Positions 1 to 14,800 are shown, numbered from the stretch's first letter. The stretch: DNA of 64,000 nucleotides from Asterias rubens (GCF_902459465.1 NC_047065.1:12152001-12216000), one strand, 5' to 3'. Made by a program: numbers and translations. Notes: generated from the letters alone by a model not told the origin.

Positions 1-3000
1 TGTTTGACCAGAATTCTCCAAAGGTTAGAGGAGGAAACCTAGTTCCGAATGTAACAAACTTTTTGTGTTTATGTTTGATGACTTGTCTTTTCTCTCTTAT
101 TTTTTTTGTAAATAGAATTTTTTCAAGGGCTTTGGGGTCCTTTGGCTTAGACTGTGTAATAACTGTATATTTGTACATGTATGTTGTAACTGAGAAAACT
201 TTCAGTTTATTTTATTACCAGAACACCTTTTGCAATAAATTCCATGTATTTTCTAGTAAAGGGTTATGTCGATGTTTTCCCCATGTAAAGTACACAATTG
301 GATTGTTGAAAATGTTGAGGGAAAATTTGTTTAACTTGTTTCTCTTAATTTTTTTTTAATCTAAGGGTCGCAGCAAACAGCTACGATTATCACAGCTGAC
401 GTTTAGCTTTTAGACTAGTGTGTCAAAGTTAGCGGAGAACACATCATTTTGTAAAAATAATTTTCATGGGGAGGACTTATTCTTACCATAATGGGAAGTT
501 TGCATAATGAGAATGTTTTATCATACCTGTGGAAATTATGAAGACTCACACAACCCTAGCAGTGTCCATGGCCAATTGAAAGTTTTAACTTTAAAAGGAT
601 GAGATCAAAAGCAATTGTGGAAGTAAACGTTTGGTGTATGTCACCTCGTTCATCCGTGACTACATTTATTTATTCAATATCTTTCATACTTTTATTTGCA
701 ATTTAGAAAAAGGTAATATTTTTTAGCTTAAAGTTTATGTCATTACCATTTTATTATAATGTCACTGATAGGGTTTTCATACCATTTTCAGCATATTTTA
801 TGTGAGTTGTTTCATTTTTGAAACCAAGCTTGGATTTTGGCTCCTGCATATTGGAGTCTCGTAGGAAAGCACTTGTTTTCTAAATAACTGAAACGGCCAA
901 ATCTCAAGTCATGGTTGTTAAAAACGGCCACAGTAACACCCCTACCTCAATCATGTTCTAATGACATTTTATTTTGCAACACAAATTGTACATGGCCTGA
1001 CGTTTTCCTCTTTCCTTCCAGTGTGTGTACAATTAACTATTATCGCACTTGCACTTCAAGTCAGAGTGTTTAGAGACGGTCAGCTCACAACTCAGTTTGG
1101 TACACTTGTTTTTGTTCCCCTGTAAATATTTATAGAATTATCAGGAGAAGTCCAATCCCTTTTGCTTTCAAAATCACTCGTTGGAATTATTTCTTTGTCT
1201 TTCAACAAAAACTTTATTATGGAACCACCAAGACATTTTTGTGATCCAATGCAAAATGATGTATGTGTGTGTTGTACTGTGTTGTAATTTTGTGTACCAT
1301 TTTGCTTAATGCAGTAGAGTTTGAATATTTTATTTTTTTAGGAATGAAGGTAAAAATTTGAAAGCATTAGAGGACTTTGAAAACAATGTAAAACATAGTG
1401 TCATTATTACTGATTATTTCCTTCAAAATTATTGTTTAGCATAAGTCAAACTAATAAGATGTTGTCACTTTAACGCTTCTGAACGAATTGTTTCACCAAG
1501 AATTGTTACATGGCCCATACTTGTTCTTCTTCATTTCTTATATTGTTTCCTTTCCAATAAATAGATCGCTAAAATGAAAACTTTATAATAGAATCAACCG
1601 CTTTTTGTTTTTGTTTCTTTTCAGATTAACGTTTGTTGTTGTCATTTTTTTAAAGCTTTTTTTCTCCCCCCCCCCCTTTTTGTTTTTGTTTTTTAGCCTT
1701 GAAAGATGCCGACTTGATCAGTAAATTTAGAGATGATTTCAAAAAGCTATAGAAATGTTTTATTTGTAAAAGTTTTCATCCAAGAAATTGCACTTAAAAT
1801 GATTCGTGCCAATGACTCTCGTTTTAGATGCTGAATAAAATATGTGAACTGAAGATAGTTTTTACTGACTCCAATGCTTCGAGATCAGCCATGAAAACCG
1901 AGGTGATGACCTTTATTAACACTCCAAAATCCATCACCTAGTACAATAAACCATGACTAAACGAAGAAACGGTTGAACGATTCAAAAGCACTCACATATG
2001 ACGGGGTGGTTGGGAGGGGGGGGGGCAGGTATACTTTCAGAATGCTCATCAACAATGTATAATAGAAACTCAAGCAATACAACACAAGACTTGGCTCAGA
2101 CTGTAAAAGAAAAAAGGCAGCTGTGTTCTTCCCTTCAACATTGCTCTACGGCTCTGCATGTAACTAAGTAAGCAGTTTGAGGAGAAAGTCTCTAAATACT
2201 TTTGACAACAAACACCATCTCTGGACGAGCTACTTGCTACATGCCAAAAGAAGTTGGAAATGCGTTAGCCCACCCGTTGAGCTGTTTATGGTTCCGCTTC
2301 TAACATCGGTCTCGTCACTGTCGCCATTTCACTGCGACAGTGATGTTAAAAGCGGAGCCATTAACAGCTCAACGAGGTGGTCTAGAAATGCTTATACTTC
2401 AGAAGAGAACACCAAAAACAACCTGCCGCGCTTGATCCTGCCAAAAGAAGGATCAATGACCTTCAACCAGGCTCGATTCCACAAAGCACCAACAATCACT
2501 ATCAAGTATTTGTTTTGTGAAATCATACTTTTCTTCGTAATTTAGATTACAGTTAATCAATCTTAACTCTCTGTGCAATCGAGCCCCCACGGGGGGTAGC
2601 GACCTACCAACAGAGACTTGCCTAAATAAAAAAAGGAGGGGTCCGGAAAACCTCGTTGTTATAAGTACATCCGCAGCTGGAGACACATCGGGCATAGTTC
2701 TTACATGCATGTTTGGCAACGACGGTTGCATGGGTCCAAGGAGCAATTGCTCCATGGTCCAACTTCCGACATTCCGTTATAATAAAACTAATCATAAAAC
2801 ACTCGGCGAACAAGATTTGAAGCAAAACAAAATTATCTGGCAAGACTCGACATACAAACACCATGTAATTGAAAAAAGTGGATCCCCGGAGTGGCACCGA
2901 CCGATTTTCATTTAACAATTTTATTTTATTCCGAAAAGTATTATCTTTAACCTATGAAAGAAGGACATCTAACTAAAATTGAATTACAAACGTACAAAAT

Positions 3001-4098
3001 AATGAGTAAAATTCAATAAAAATTGCATATTAGGCATGGAATACCTAGGTGGATCAAATTTTGCGATATTATTAGGACTTGTTAAACGTGGATTCCACAA
3101 TGTTCTTGGAAAAAAAGTGACCGGTGGTGTTGTGTGCCCTTCCTTTGAGCCAGCCCACGAAACAATAATGTCATTGTGACGCGCATCTCAGGCCCTCTAT
3201 TGTTTATTATATTTGGTGTTCTTTGCTAAACAATAAGAAGTTCATATCAATCCGCCCGTGTCGACAATGATGTGATATAAAACAAATATACAATTTGTTT
3301 TTCCCGTTGGATAAGGTACATCGCCTCTTTGCTCATAACCTTTTGAATGCAACCTCATAACCTTTTGAAACCCGAGACGGGGACTTTTTTTCCCCAAACG
3401 AATTATTTTGCTCTGCGTAGTGATCCACACACTAAGCACCAACTAATGAATATTCATATATCTCGCATTGTTGGTTTTGATTTTACCTTGTGTGGACGTA
3501 TGAGATAGAAAATAGTGTAGTTTTTAATGCAAGATTTTTCGGATCAGAAATGTTGTATGGACGAACTTGGATAGCAAATGAGACCTAATTATTATGTAGC
3601 CTTCGAGTAATTCGAGAAAGAAAAGCAGTAAGTGTTGTAATGTCTTATATTTGTCCCCGAAAGACCAAACACAACAAAAATGTTTACGGTGGTTACCGCA
3701 GTGGGATGCAGTCTGGGACCTAGTGTTCACGGTTAATAAAAGGCGTGCACATTGAGATGTGTTGGTCTGAGGCTTCAGTCTAAATATCTTTGAAGTCAAC
3801 TCGTCCAACAAAACAAACACACTCGGACTAGACGAGTGCTTCTTTTCTTCCTCCATGGCATGGTGTACCGACTTTGTTGTCATATCTATTATAATTCCAT
3901 ATTAGGGCCTATATAATTTATTCATTATATAATTTATTGTGTATAAACATTATATTTATTGTGTATAAACATATTGTGATTTAACATTTTAAAAGTAAAA
4001 CAAATAAAATAGGTAGATGTTATGAAGAAAAGCAAAGGAAGTCTGACTCTGACTGACTGAGGATCTCATTCTAAAAATTTGAATGTAATTTCTGTTCG

Positions 4099-4536
4099 AT
4101 AAGGTTTATCGTGATTCAGACCGCAATGCCTTGTGGGAAGGAATATGGGGCGGTTTCTAGGCAGTTTCGGAAAAGTTTCCGTATGGCGCCACCACTTTTT
4201 CATTCGATATGAAATAATATAGTATTTAATTTACCTCAATGGGAAAAGTTTCCGTATGGCGCCACCACTTTTTCATTCGATATGAAATAATATAGTATCT
4301 AATTTACCTCAATGAGATATCCCTTTTTGTAAAAATGAGTGAAAAAGTGGTGGCGCCATACGGAAAGTTATCCCCTCGATGAGATATCCCTTTCTGTAAA
4401 TATGAGTGAAAAAGTGGTGGCGCCATACGGAAAGTTATCCGCAGTTTCTACAACTCGCGCGCGCACGCAATGCCTTTACCTTTGTGTGGGTTCAACAGCG
4501 CCCTCTCTTGATATTTTGCTATTTGCGATAAACCTT
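4099..4536. mobile_element. Small TIR element (ATAAGGTTTATCG termini) interrupted by a second MITE
   Basis: An uninterrupted homologue lies at 50352-50508 in reverse orientation. The insert 4169-4440 is flanked by GCAGTTTC on both sides. Confidence 0.75.
4169..4440. mobile_element. MITE with GGAAAAGTTTCCGTATGGCGCCACCACTTTTT inverted arms (arms duplicated) and an 8-bp TSD
   Basis: TSD GCAGTTTC at 4161-4168 and 4441-4448; further copies at 4661-4792 and 50691-50839. Confidence 0.75.
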
Positions 4537-4828
4537 GAACGAGATGAATGGATCGTTCCAACCAAACAACAAACAGTAGGCCTACTTACATTTTTTTATT
4601 TATATTATTATAAATTAAATCAAAAGAAACATTTCCTTCTTCATCTCGTTGATTTATATCGGATAACTTTCCGTATGGCGCCACCACTTTTTAACTCATT
4701 TTTTACAAAAAGGGATATCTAATTGAGGTAAATGAGATACTATTTTATTTCATATCGAATGAAAAAGTGCTGGCACCATATGGAAACTACTCCGATTGAT
4801 CAAACACAAGGTTATTTGGTGCCCTTCG

Positions 4829-5190
4829 TTAAAGGCAGTGGACACTATTGGTAATTGTCAAAGACTAGCCTCCACAGTTGGTGTATCTCAACATATGCAT
4901 AAAATAACAAACCTGTGAAAATTAGAGCTCAATCGGTCGTCGAAGTTGCGAGATATTAATGAAAGAAAAAAACACCCTTGTCACACGAAGTTGTGTGCTT
5001 TCTGATGCTTGATTTCGAGACCTCAAATTCATGGAAAATTACTTCTTTCTCGAAAACTATGTCACTTCAGAGGGAGCTGTTTCTCACAATGTTTTTTATA
5101 CCATCAACCTCTCCCCATTACTCGTAATCAAGTAAGGTTTTTTGACGATAATTATTTTGAGTAATTACCAATAGTGTCCACTGCCTTTAA
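4829..5190. mobile_element. TTAA-flanked MITE family A (Kolobok-like; TIR AGGCAGTGGACACTATTGGTAA)
   Basis: ttaa|AGGCAGTGGACACTATTGG ... CCAATAGTGTCCACTGCCT|ttaa; many copies in the window. Confidence 0.8.
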
Positions 5191-5330
5191 TTTAAAAAAA
5201 AAGGTGATAAAAAACTTAAAAGAGGCCAGAGGGGGGTTACATTGAATTTTACTATTCTGTTAATGTTATTTCCTTCCTTTTGGTTGGTTTCTTATTATTT
5301 GAAATGTGTTTCTGTTTACTGGAAAAGGTT

Positions 5331-5718
5331 TTAAAGGCAGTGGACACTATTGGTAATTACTCAAAATAATTATTAGCATAAAACCTTACTTGGTGAAGAG
5401 TGATGGGGAGAGGTTGATACTATAAAACATTGTGAGAAACGGCTCTTTTTGAAGTGGAGTAGTTTTCGAGGAAGAAGTAATTTTCTACGAATTTGATTTC
5501 GAGACCTCAAGTTTAGAATTTGAGGTCTCGAAATCAAGCATCTGAAAGCCCACAACTTTGTGTGACAAGGGTGTTTTTTTCTTTCATTGTTATCTCGCAA
5601 CTCCGACGACCAATCGAGCTCAAATTTTCACAGGTTTACTATTTTATGCATATTGTTGAGATACAGCAATTGAGAAGACTGGTCTTTGACATTTACCAAT
5701 AGTGTTCACTGGCTTTAA
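5331..5718. mobile_element. TTAA-flanked MITE family A
   Basis: Same TIRs and body as 4829-5190, opposite orientation. Confidence 0.8.
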
Positions 5719-5815
5719 GAGGAAGGGCTTCTTTTGATGGTCGGATGGGGGGAAAATGATTTATTTTATTTGTGGCCTTAAAAAATGCAATAACTTGTTT
5801 GTCTTGCCCATACAG

Positions 5816-8800
5816 ATGAAAGCTAAGACTAATTCCAAGTCAGTGACCTACCGGTCCAGCTCCCGTAAGAACGGATGGAGCTGCCCTCCGCATCCGTTAC
5901 AGTTTGTTGCGTGGACCTTTATTGCTTTCTTTGCTGTGATGTATCATGGAATGGCAGTGCCTACGATGCCTTACCATTGGCAACCAGCCTGTCACATTGT
6001 ATCCTTTGAAAGTTCTATTTATAATCTCTAAAGCCCGGTTCAAACTTTCACGAATGCTAATGCGATGCGAATTTGACATGAGTTTGGCGTCACAACCCTC
6101 CTTTCGCAGCGTTCACAAGTGATTAGAGCATGTGGTTTGCTGCAAAGTATCCGATGCAAAATTGTGACACGTTCGCTTCGCATAGGCATTCGCAGGAAGT
6201 ACGAACCGGCCTTAAATCATGCATTTTTGGTTTGATAGCCAGCACATCTTGTATTTTATTTGCACATCTTGTATAATTCATTTATGTTTTCTTTATTTTC
6301 TCCACAGCGTACAAGGACATGTTTTTATGACTTTTTGTTATGTGCTATAAAAAAACTAATAGTCTTAAAGGCACTGTACACGTTTGGTTATTGTCAAAGA
6401 CCAGTGTTCTCACTTGGTTTAACCCATCATAAACATAAAATAACAAATAACAAGTGAAAATTTGGGCTCAATTGGACAAATTTGTGTGCTTTCAAATAGG
6501 AATAAAAGACTTCAATAGCTAGAAGTCTTTTAATGTTTTAGTGAGAAATTACCTCTTTCTCAAAAACATGTTACTTCAGAGGGAGCCGTTTCTCACAATG
6601 TTTGATACCGTCAACAACTCTCCACTGCTTGTCACCAAGTCGGTTTCGAAGTTAATATTTGTTTTGAGTTATTACCAAACATGTACCTTCCCTTTAATTG
6701 GGGTTATATGTTTCATTTTGTACTTGTGTGAAGTGGTAACTGGTTTTACAAATCATATGAAGCAGCTTACTCTGGGCCCAGGAGGATTGATGCGTACACA
6801 CTGGCACAGACTGTATTCATAGTTTGCTTCACAGTTTTAAACCATTGGACACTTTCGGTAAACAGTATTGTCCAAGGCCCACACTTCGTGTATCACAACT
6901 TGTATATAAAAAAACAAACCTGTGAAAATTTAGGTTCACTTGGTCATCGGAGTCGGGAGAAAATAACGGGGAAAACCCACCCTTGTTTCCGCATGTTACG
7001 CTGTGTCATGACATGTGTTTAAAATAAATCTGTAATTCTCGATATCGAGAATTGATATTGTTTTAATGTTTTCTTCAAAAGTAAAGCATTTCATGGAATA
7101 ATATTTCAAGAGAAGTCTTTCACCATTATCTGCTGTGAACCCTGTAAGTTATTTGTAAATCTGTGAACTTTTAATTGTTGTTCTCTTTTGAAAGTGTCCA
7201 ATGGCTTTAAATAAGTTCAAAATGTTAAATGGCCTTGACTTCCAAACTCCAGATTGTCGGTATCATGCTGGCCTTGCACATCATCACCCATTGGATTTGT
7301 TTGACCATCAATCCTGCTGATCCGAACACCATCCGCAAAGCCAAGAAGGTCATGCCATCCTTTGATAGGACGCAGCATTCCCATGTGATTGAGAATAATC
7401 ACTGCTATCTGTGCGAGGTGGATGTGTAAGTATTCAGCTTTGCTTGTAAACAAACTATAGACCGTATTGAATATGGCGTCACCGTTCAAATATCTGCCTT
7501 ACAACAGCGCATCTGTGTGGGTGTGGGTGGCTGTGTGGGTGGCTGTGTGTGGTTGCATGTGCCGTAGAAATTGAACCGGGAATGCTGTGTGCTTCATTGG
7601 TGTACACGTTTGGACGCGCAAGGTTTGCCCTACAAGATGGCAACTTTCATAGCCAAAAAAGGATTACTCAATACGGTCTATATCTTTACTGCTTGATCCT
7701 TGTAATAAAATTCTTTCTTTTTTTACGCAAAATCATTGGCGGTTGAATTTTTTAGGATCCCCAAAATCATTATAAATAGTTGGATGTGTATAACTTTTGG
7801 CGGGGGACAGGGCAATTTTTAACCGCAAACATCTACTTTCTTACGTACTTGTAAATTGTAACGCAAGTCTTTAGCCTTCTCTCGCTCATTGTCATTGCAT
7901 TTTTCATTGTATATTTCCATGTATGTACATATATTGTATTGTACTTTTCATTTTGTATTTTTGTTCTTGTAGGCACTACAATGAATATAATGTGTGCATG
8001 TTATACAGTTTTTGTTATTCTTACTTGGGGGGGGGGGGTTAGGGATACCAATTGCGCCCTCAGTGTTCACTTGTGTGACAATGCAACTTTAATAGGAGCA
8101 TATTAAAGGAACACATTGCCTTGGATCGGTCGAGTTGGTCTTTGAAAAGCATTTGTAACCGTTTTTTTTTATAAAATGCATATTGGGTAGAAAGTCGTTG
8201 AAAGAAGTAGAATACAATGATCCACACAAACATGCCTCGAAATTGCACGGTTTTCCTTTTACTCCCATAAATGGCCGACCGTGTTAGTTCCCACAGTAAA
8301 AGGAAAACCACTATTCTACTTTTAAAACATCTTTCCAACCAATATGCATTTTATAAAAAAGGGTTACAAACGCTTTTTATAGACGAACTCGTCCGATCCA
8401 AGGCAACGTGTTCCTTTAATTAGGAAAACCTTACTATTGTGCGTGCATGGGCTATTGGACTGTCTTTAATCTCACTGACTTTGAGAGAGAAAGAGAGTCA
8501 TACAATAGTGTGGTGCTGTTAAAAGTGTGCTATATTCATCTTGTATTCTACTAATCAATGCAAATGAATGCAATATGTTTTATACTTGACGTCAAAATGT
8601 ATAGATCGTTGTGAATGCTTGTTGGCCTCATTTTGAGGGCCCTTGCTCCTTCAATCCCCGATAACAGGTTAGCAGGGCCCAATTTTATGGCTGTGCTTAC
8701 CGCCGAATTCTGTGCTTACGGTCGCGATTCCCTGCGCTAGCCTTGTAAGCGTAGAATGCCTAGTAACGTGAAGTACGCACGCGCAGAAGCCCAAATTCGC

Positions 8801-11800
8801 CGCTAACACGTGAAATACGCTTGCCGTAAGCACAGAATTCCCTGCTTCCATAAGCGCCGATTCTATGCAGAAGTTGGGCCCAGATCACTACAGTAGGCCT
8901 ACCTAATCAGCGTTGTACACAAGATACACTGTTTATTTTAAGCAGCATGTAGTGTACCATCAGAGTCATGCTTTCACCAGACAATGATCAGAGCATACTG
9001 ATCCAAAGGTTGAATTGATAGCCTATGGTTTTTTTTTCCAGAACCACCCCAACTCATTTAGAGAATATAATAACATACTGTTACTGCAAACCTTTGGTAT
9101 ATTGTGCATTCTCTTTGTCTCGTTTCAGAGCTTTAAAATCCAAACATTGCAGCACATGCAATAAGTGTGTTGCTGGTTTTGATCATCATTGTAAGTGGCT
9201 CAACAACTGTGTCGGCTCCAGAAACTACAAGTAAGAATTTATAATGTTCTATACCACGATGTGAAAGTGAAATTACTAGTACTAGCCAGGGTCAAATTTC
9301 ATAGATCTGCTTTTGTAAGCACAACAAAAAGAAGCTTTAGAAGCACAACAAAATAAAGCCTCACCAGATTAAGGTTAGATGGGGCCGATTTCACAAAGCA
9401 ATAGAATTCATCGCAAGACAAATTGTCAGTATTGTATTGTGACATCACACTTTTCTTTAAGCAACTACGATTGATTTGCAGTTAAGATCATCTTTCTTAG
9501 GGTGAGTGTTGGCTCTGAAAAGAGACCAAACAGGCCCTTTTCAGAGCCAACACTCTCGAAAAGAGATTTACACATGGTTGTACCCGCAAGTTTACTTTTT
9601 ATTTATAGTTTCTCCGTATTTGTCCACACCATGCAAAGCTTAAAATAATACTTGAAGATCAATCTTAGCTCTTTGTGAAAACGGACCCGGCTGAAATACC
9701 ATTTTGTGGCTGGTATCATGTTGTTTTTGCTGCAGCAGAAATTTCTTAACAATATAGACGATGTGACCTCTGACGTCACTCGAAAACCATAACATGATTT
9801 GCGTGCATACCGCCGGGCAAAACCTTTGTGTTTTGGCAGCCAGCTTACATGCAATCTTACCATGACTATGCATCTTTTTGCCCGGCAAAAACATGTGTAT
9901 AGTGTTTTTGTGTTTTGGTGGTTGAATGTAAACATACACGTAGCATCGTCTATAATCTGCAGTAACACTTGTATGTTTGTAATCACTGTGTTACAAGACT
10001 TTTTTGACCTCATGGCTGAAGTCACTCACACAGGTTGAAATCAATCGAACATGTTTGAATTCTTGCTTCTACTAGTTTGAAAACAAAAGTTATTTTTCTG
10101 GAAATTGTTTTACTCATTTCTCAAAAACTTCAGCTTTTTACTAATATCATTATCTTAAGGCCCGGTCCCACTGCAGCGATAACGAAAACGATAATGATCA
10201 CGACTCAAAGAAAACGCATTATATTGGTCAAATTGCTCCACGCAGAATAGGCACACGCTCATTCAACCAATGTAATGCGTTCTCTTTTTATCGCTGCAAT
10301 GGGACGGGGCCTTTAAGCTGTGTTTAGGTTAATGTAAATCTGTGAACATTTGTGGTTTGTGTCAGAATAAAGGACCCAAACCCTTTAATCAATCTGTTTT
10401 TATGACCTCCGATGTTTACCGTTCTCTGTGCACAAAATTGACTATTCTGTGAAACTATGCACAAATTGACTATTCTGTGAATGTGAAAGTCCTCCAGGGT
10501 TAGTCTCTCAGTGCTCTCACAGACTTTCTATTTCTATGTAGTAGATGGAAATTTACATTGAGGGTAAAGAATATTCCACAAGTTATTCTAATAATATTTA
10601 TATTTTGCATTTACAGATTTTTCGTGACGTGCCTCAGCGCTGCCTTCCTCAGTGGCCTCTTTGTATTCATTGTCTTCCTCTACATGTCCATCGTGTACTG
10701 GGCCAATCCGATACTTCTACACCCAGAGCTATTTGGTAAGACTATAACTAAGGGAATCAATGTGTGGTGAAGAGGTTTTCAACTAGTGGTTTAATCCCAA
10801 CGAGGCCTGGTTCTTGATAATTTTACCGAGACGAAGTAGTTTACGCAAAAACATACAATTTCAAGGGTTATTTGTGACCCACTCTGTGAAAATGAGTCAG
10901 GTGCGCCCAATGCAATAATAAGTTATGGACAGTTTAATGTGGAAAATGTAATGTTAAAAAAAAAAAAGGATCTTTAGTTGCATGGTTAACCTTTGGAACA
11001 CTTACTTTTAGGCAATAAAGCTATGAATAAAACAATTTTGTGATCATACTTATGTCTAATTTGTATCCTTTTGCACACAATGGTAGTTTAAATTATCATT
11101 TTACTTGGAATTAATTTTTCACAAAAAAATGATGTAATAATAATAATAATAATAATAAACAGTTCTTATATAGCGCATAATACAAAATTGCTCTAAGCGC
11201 TTTTGTGATTGAAGAGATGGGTTTTAAGTATTGGCTAACTTCAAACGAGAGTAACTCAGCAACGCGACACACCCAAAAGCTTAGACACATACCAAATTAC
11301 TGCTGCTGGTGTGTTCTTTCCAGCCATGCATATAACTAAATTCTTGAAATTGCCTACATCTGACTCATTTTCACAGAGCGGGTTACATTTATGGAAAACA
11401 ATATGACTATTTTATTATTGTTGTTAATCTCATGCATTTGTTTTTTGTTATAAACTAAGTTTTTAGAGATGTGTAAACAAAGTTTTTTTCTCTTTCAAGA
11501 AGTATCCGTCAGTCTTTTAATAAATAAAAATGTCTTTTATCGCCAGACTATTCTGGAACCTCGCTGCAAAGTTCAACAATAGAGCTGCAAACTGCAAACG
11601 CGTCTGGAATGCCACTTAACTCAGAGCCGGACCCAGACCCTCTGGACGTCTACCGCAACAATCTTAAGATATTCAGCCCAGTACCGGGATTAGCCTTCTT
11701 CATTGTGGCGGTCGTCATTGCAATTCTCCTCCTTGTTGCCCTCTGCCTTTTGGGACATTTGTTGGGCTTTCATCTCTTTTTAAGTAAGCATAACCCTCGA

Positions 11801-14800
11801 AGGTGAAATATTCATTTTAAGAAAACCTCACATATCTATGCATTGTGTGTGTGGAACTTTCTTATTACATGTTTTTCAAGCACCTCATGTTAGTTTAGCG
11901 AGAGGAGCTTAATAAATCGAATTATAATTATTATTTGTATCAAGACATCACATATTTACATAACGAGAGAGAATAAGCTTCACAGGTATTTTCCCCTTAA
12001 AAAATTTGGGTGTTTTTTTTCCCCCATTATTTTTTAATCAACAATGAATTTTGATACTTAATATTTTCTTTTGACCAATTTTGAGAGCGTAAATTTGTAG
12101 TGTTTTCTGGTTGGGGAAAGTTCTGCCAGCTTTAAATATGTCAGGCCATCCACTTTTTTGTTGCATTTATACCATAGGTCCTTTTGGCAGTTTGCAACAG
12201 CTCATTATGTTTCTTCAGAAATGTTTCAACATTATTTGTTTTTGTTTTCTTTGTTACAGTCTGCAATAAACTTAGTACATATGACTACGTTATGCAAGAC
12301 AGAACTGCGTTCAACTCCCGGGATGTTGAATCTCAGCAGATCAGACCAAAGAAGAAGGGTTGCTGCCAGGTAAGGCAATAGGATTCAACAAATGCAATCA
12401 TCACCCAGGGCCCCACCTTTCAGAGTAGCTAAAACAGAACAAAATTATGCTTAAATCAGAATAAGGTTACCACCAAAAATACAATGCCACGTGTACATTG
12501 TTTGACTGGTATCCTGCAAAGGTTGCTAAAAGCAGATTTGTTTCCCACAAATTTGTGCGCTGTTTGATGCTTTAGGCCAAATAAAAAAAGAAAATTGTTG
12601 ATCGTCCCCGCCCGTCCGTTCAAAACCCCCCGACCCCATTTTTTTATTTTTTTATTTTTTATTAATCATTAAAAACAACCTTTTCTGCAGATATTTTTTT
12701 TAAATGTACAGGTTTGAGATGTTGTTTAAAGCAGGTTTTTATTCATTTTGGCAAAGCAAGAACAATTCTTCAAATATTTACTTGGGCTACACTGGGCTTA
12801 TTTGTCATAAAAAGTTTACAGAAAATGTCATCTAGGAGTTAAATTTGTTTGACAAAACTATTGAAAACATAAAAAACATACAAACTCTCTGTTTTATAGT
12901 GATTTCTTTATTCTTGATTTCATATTTTGGCATGTCAACGAAAAATTTGCAAATGTTTTCTAAGGAGAGATACGTTGCATGACACTTGTGTCCTTGAGCA
13001 AGATACTTTACTATAATTGCTTCTCTTTACCCAGGGGTGTAAATGGGAACCTGCGAGGGTCGAGGTTGATATTGTGAATGAAAAGCCTTTGGAGCGATAT
13101 AAACTGTTGACCAGGTTGTATACTCCCAAGAAAGCCGAGAAATGTTTTTTGTTGTTTAAGGATGTTATTGGCCCAACGACCTGGACACTATGAATGTAAA
13201 GCGCATTGATCAATTATTGTGAAATGCGCTATATAAGAATTGTTATTATGTATCTAGCAGACAATTTTTGTTCACTTTTTTTTCTTTTTTTCTTTTTTGC
13301 AGTGCAATAATCAAGTAGCCCCTCTTCAGGATGCAAAGGAAGACATAGAACTGGCTGATGTCAAAAAGTAAGTCTCTTTACAGGTCTCAGATCTTGGAAT
13401 TTAGATGATTTTGTTTTGTTTTAAAGTGCTGAATGTTTTTAGATTTTGTTGTTTTGTGGTTGAAAATTATACTTGTTCAATATGGATGCATGATGGAATT
13501 AAGTGTTTGTAAAAAATTGTTAATCGGTGCGGTATTTACCAGGAAAATGTTACCAGGCAAACAACCATGTTTATACCATCTGCGACTGGTGTCCTGCTTA
13601 ATTTTGCTTAGCAGCAAATTGTTCAGCATGTATTGTCTGCTCTGTGAAATTGGGCAATAGAGCTGCTTAAGCAGAAAATTTTCCTTAACAAAATCTTTGC
13701 TAAGCATAAGTAGCCGTCAAAGATCATAGAGACCAGGTACTTTGGCCAGTAACCTTAGTCTGGTAAGCATGATTTTATTTCGCTTAAAAAAAAAGGTAAA
13801 AAGTTCTTTTAATAGTCCTATCATCGCTGCGCACAACTTTTTCATTGACTGTTTGAAAAGCGTGTTCTTTGCAGTGAAATGTTCAAGAAAATAAATGTTC
13901 ATATTAGGAATTAGAGCTGCATGAATGAAATGCCAGGAAGAAGATTTTTGTTATTTGTTTGCTTTGTTGTTTTGTGCACGATGTACAATGACAGTATTTG
14001 TCTGTTTGTTTTATTTCCCTCTCAGGTAAATGTCCTGCTAATTTCAATTGTCATAGCATATTCATGGTGTTACGCTTTCATCACATTGTATCTATGTGCC
14101 TTTGGCGGTTTATTTTGCTATGCTATTCTTATTGTCACCTTTATTCTTTCTGCTCTCACCTTAACCCTCCTACATGGACTCTTGCTCACATTTTCTGGGG
14201 ATATGACCAACCATGTTGTGGCACAGCTTTGCACAGAATTAGCTGTTAAAAATGTGGCAAAGTTTCTGTATTTCAAAACCATGGTGGATGATATTGAATA
14301 GTCAGACAGTAGGAGGGTTGACTGTGTACTGTGTAGATGCACTGAACTTATTATATCATATTACAGGCTGGCATTGTTTTATCTATCATATAAAACCACA
14401 GTGGAATTGAATGATCAGACAGTAGTAGGGTTGACTGTGTAGTACTATGTAGTGCGTTCCAAACATCATGTTTGCAGGCTTGCATAGTTTGTCCATCCCA
14501 ACAACAGTGGATGATATTGAATGGTCAGAGAGTAGGAGGGTTAATTTTCTTTTTCTTCCACTGCATCTTCTCAGTGTTTCAAATGTCATATATCTTTCTA
14601 TCCATACACATGTCTGTGGTCTATTTCTCCTTGATCTATCCATCTTATTGAATCATCTGTCAGTCCATTCTTCTCGTCATTCCATCGCTCATCCATCACG
14701 CACTGTTACTTGTGTTTGTAGGTGTAGCAAGAATTCATGCCTTAAGCCCTCAACTTGCCCCGTCTTGCCAGGCAAAGACCCCCAATGACTTGGGTCTACA

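Noticed and set aside
1-1900. AT-rich stretch with AATAAA at 1834-1839, resembling the 3' UTR of an upstream gene
   Set aside because: No coding exon in the window supports it, and ORF 63-359 has no recognisable motif.
13921-14301. Hydrophobic 126-aa ORF as a separate membrane protein
   Set aside because: Intronic and T-rich, out of phase with ZDHHC exon 7, and carries no recognisable motif.
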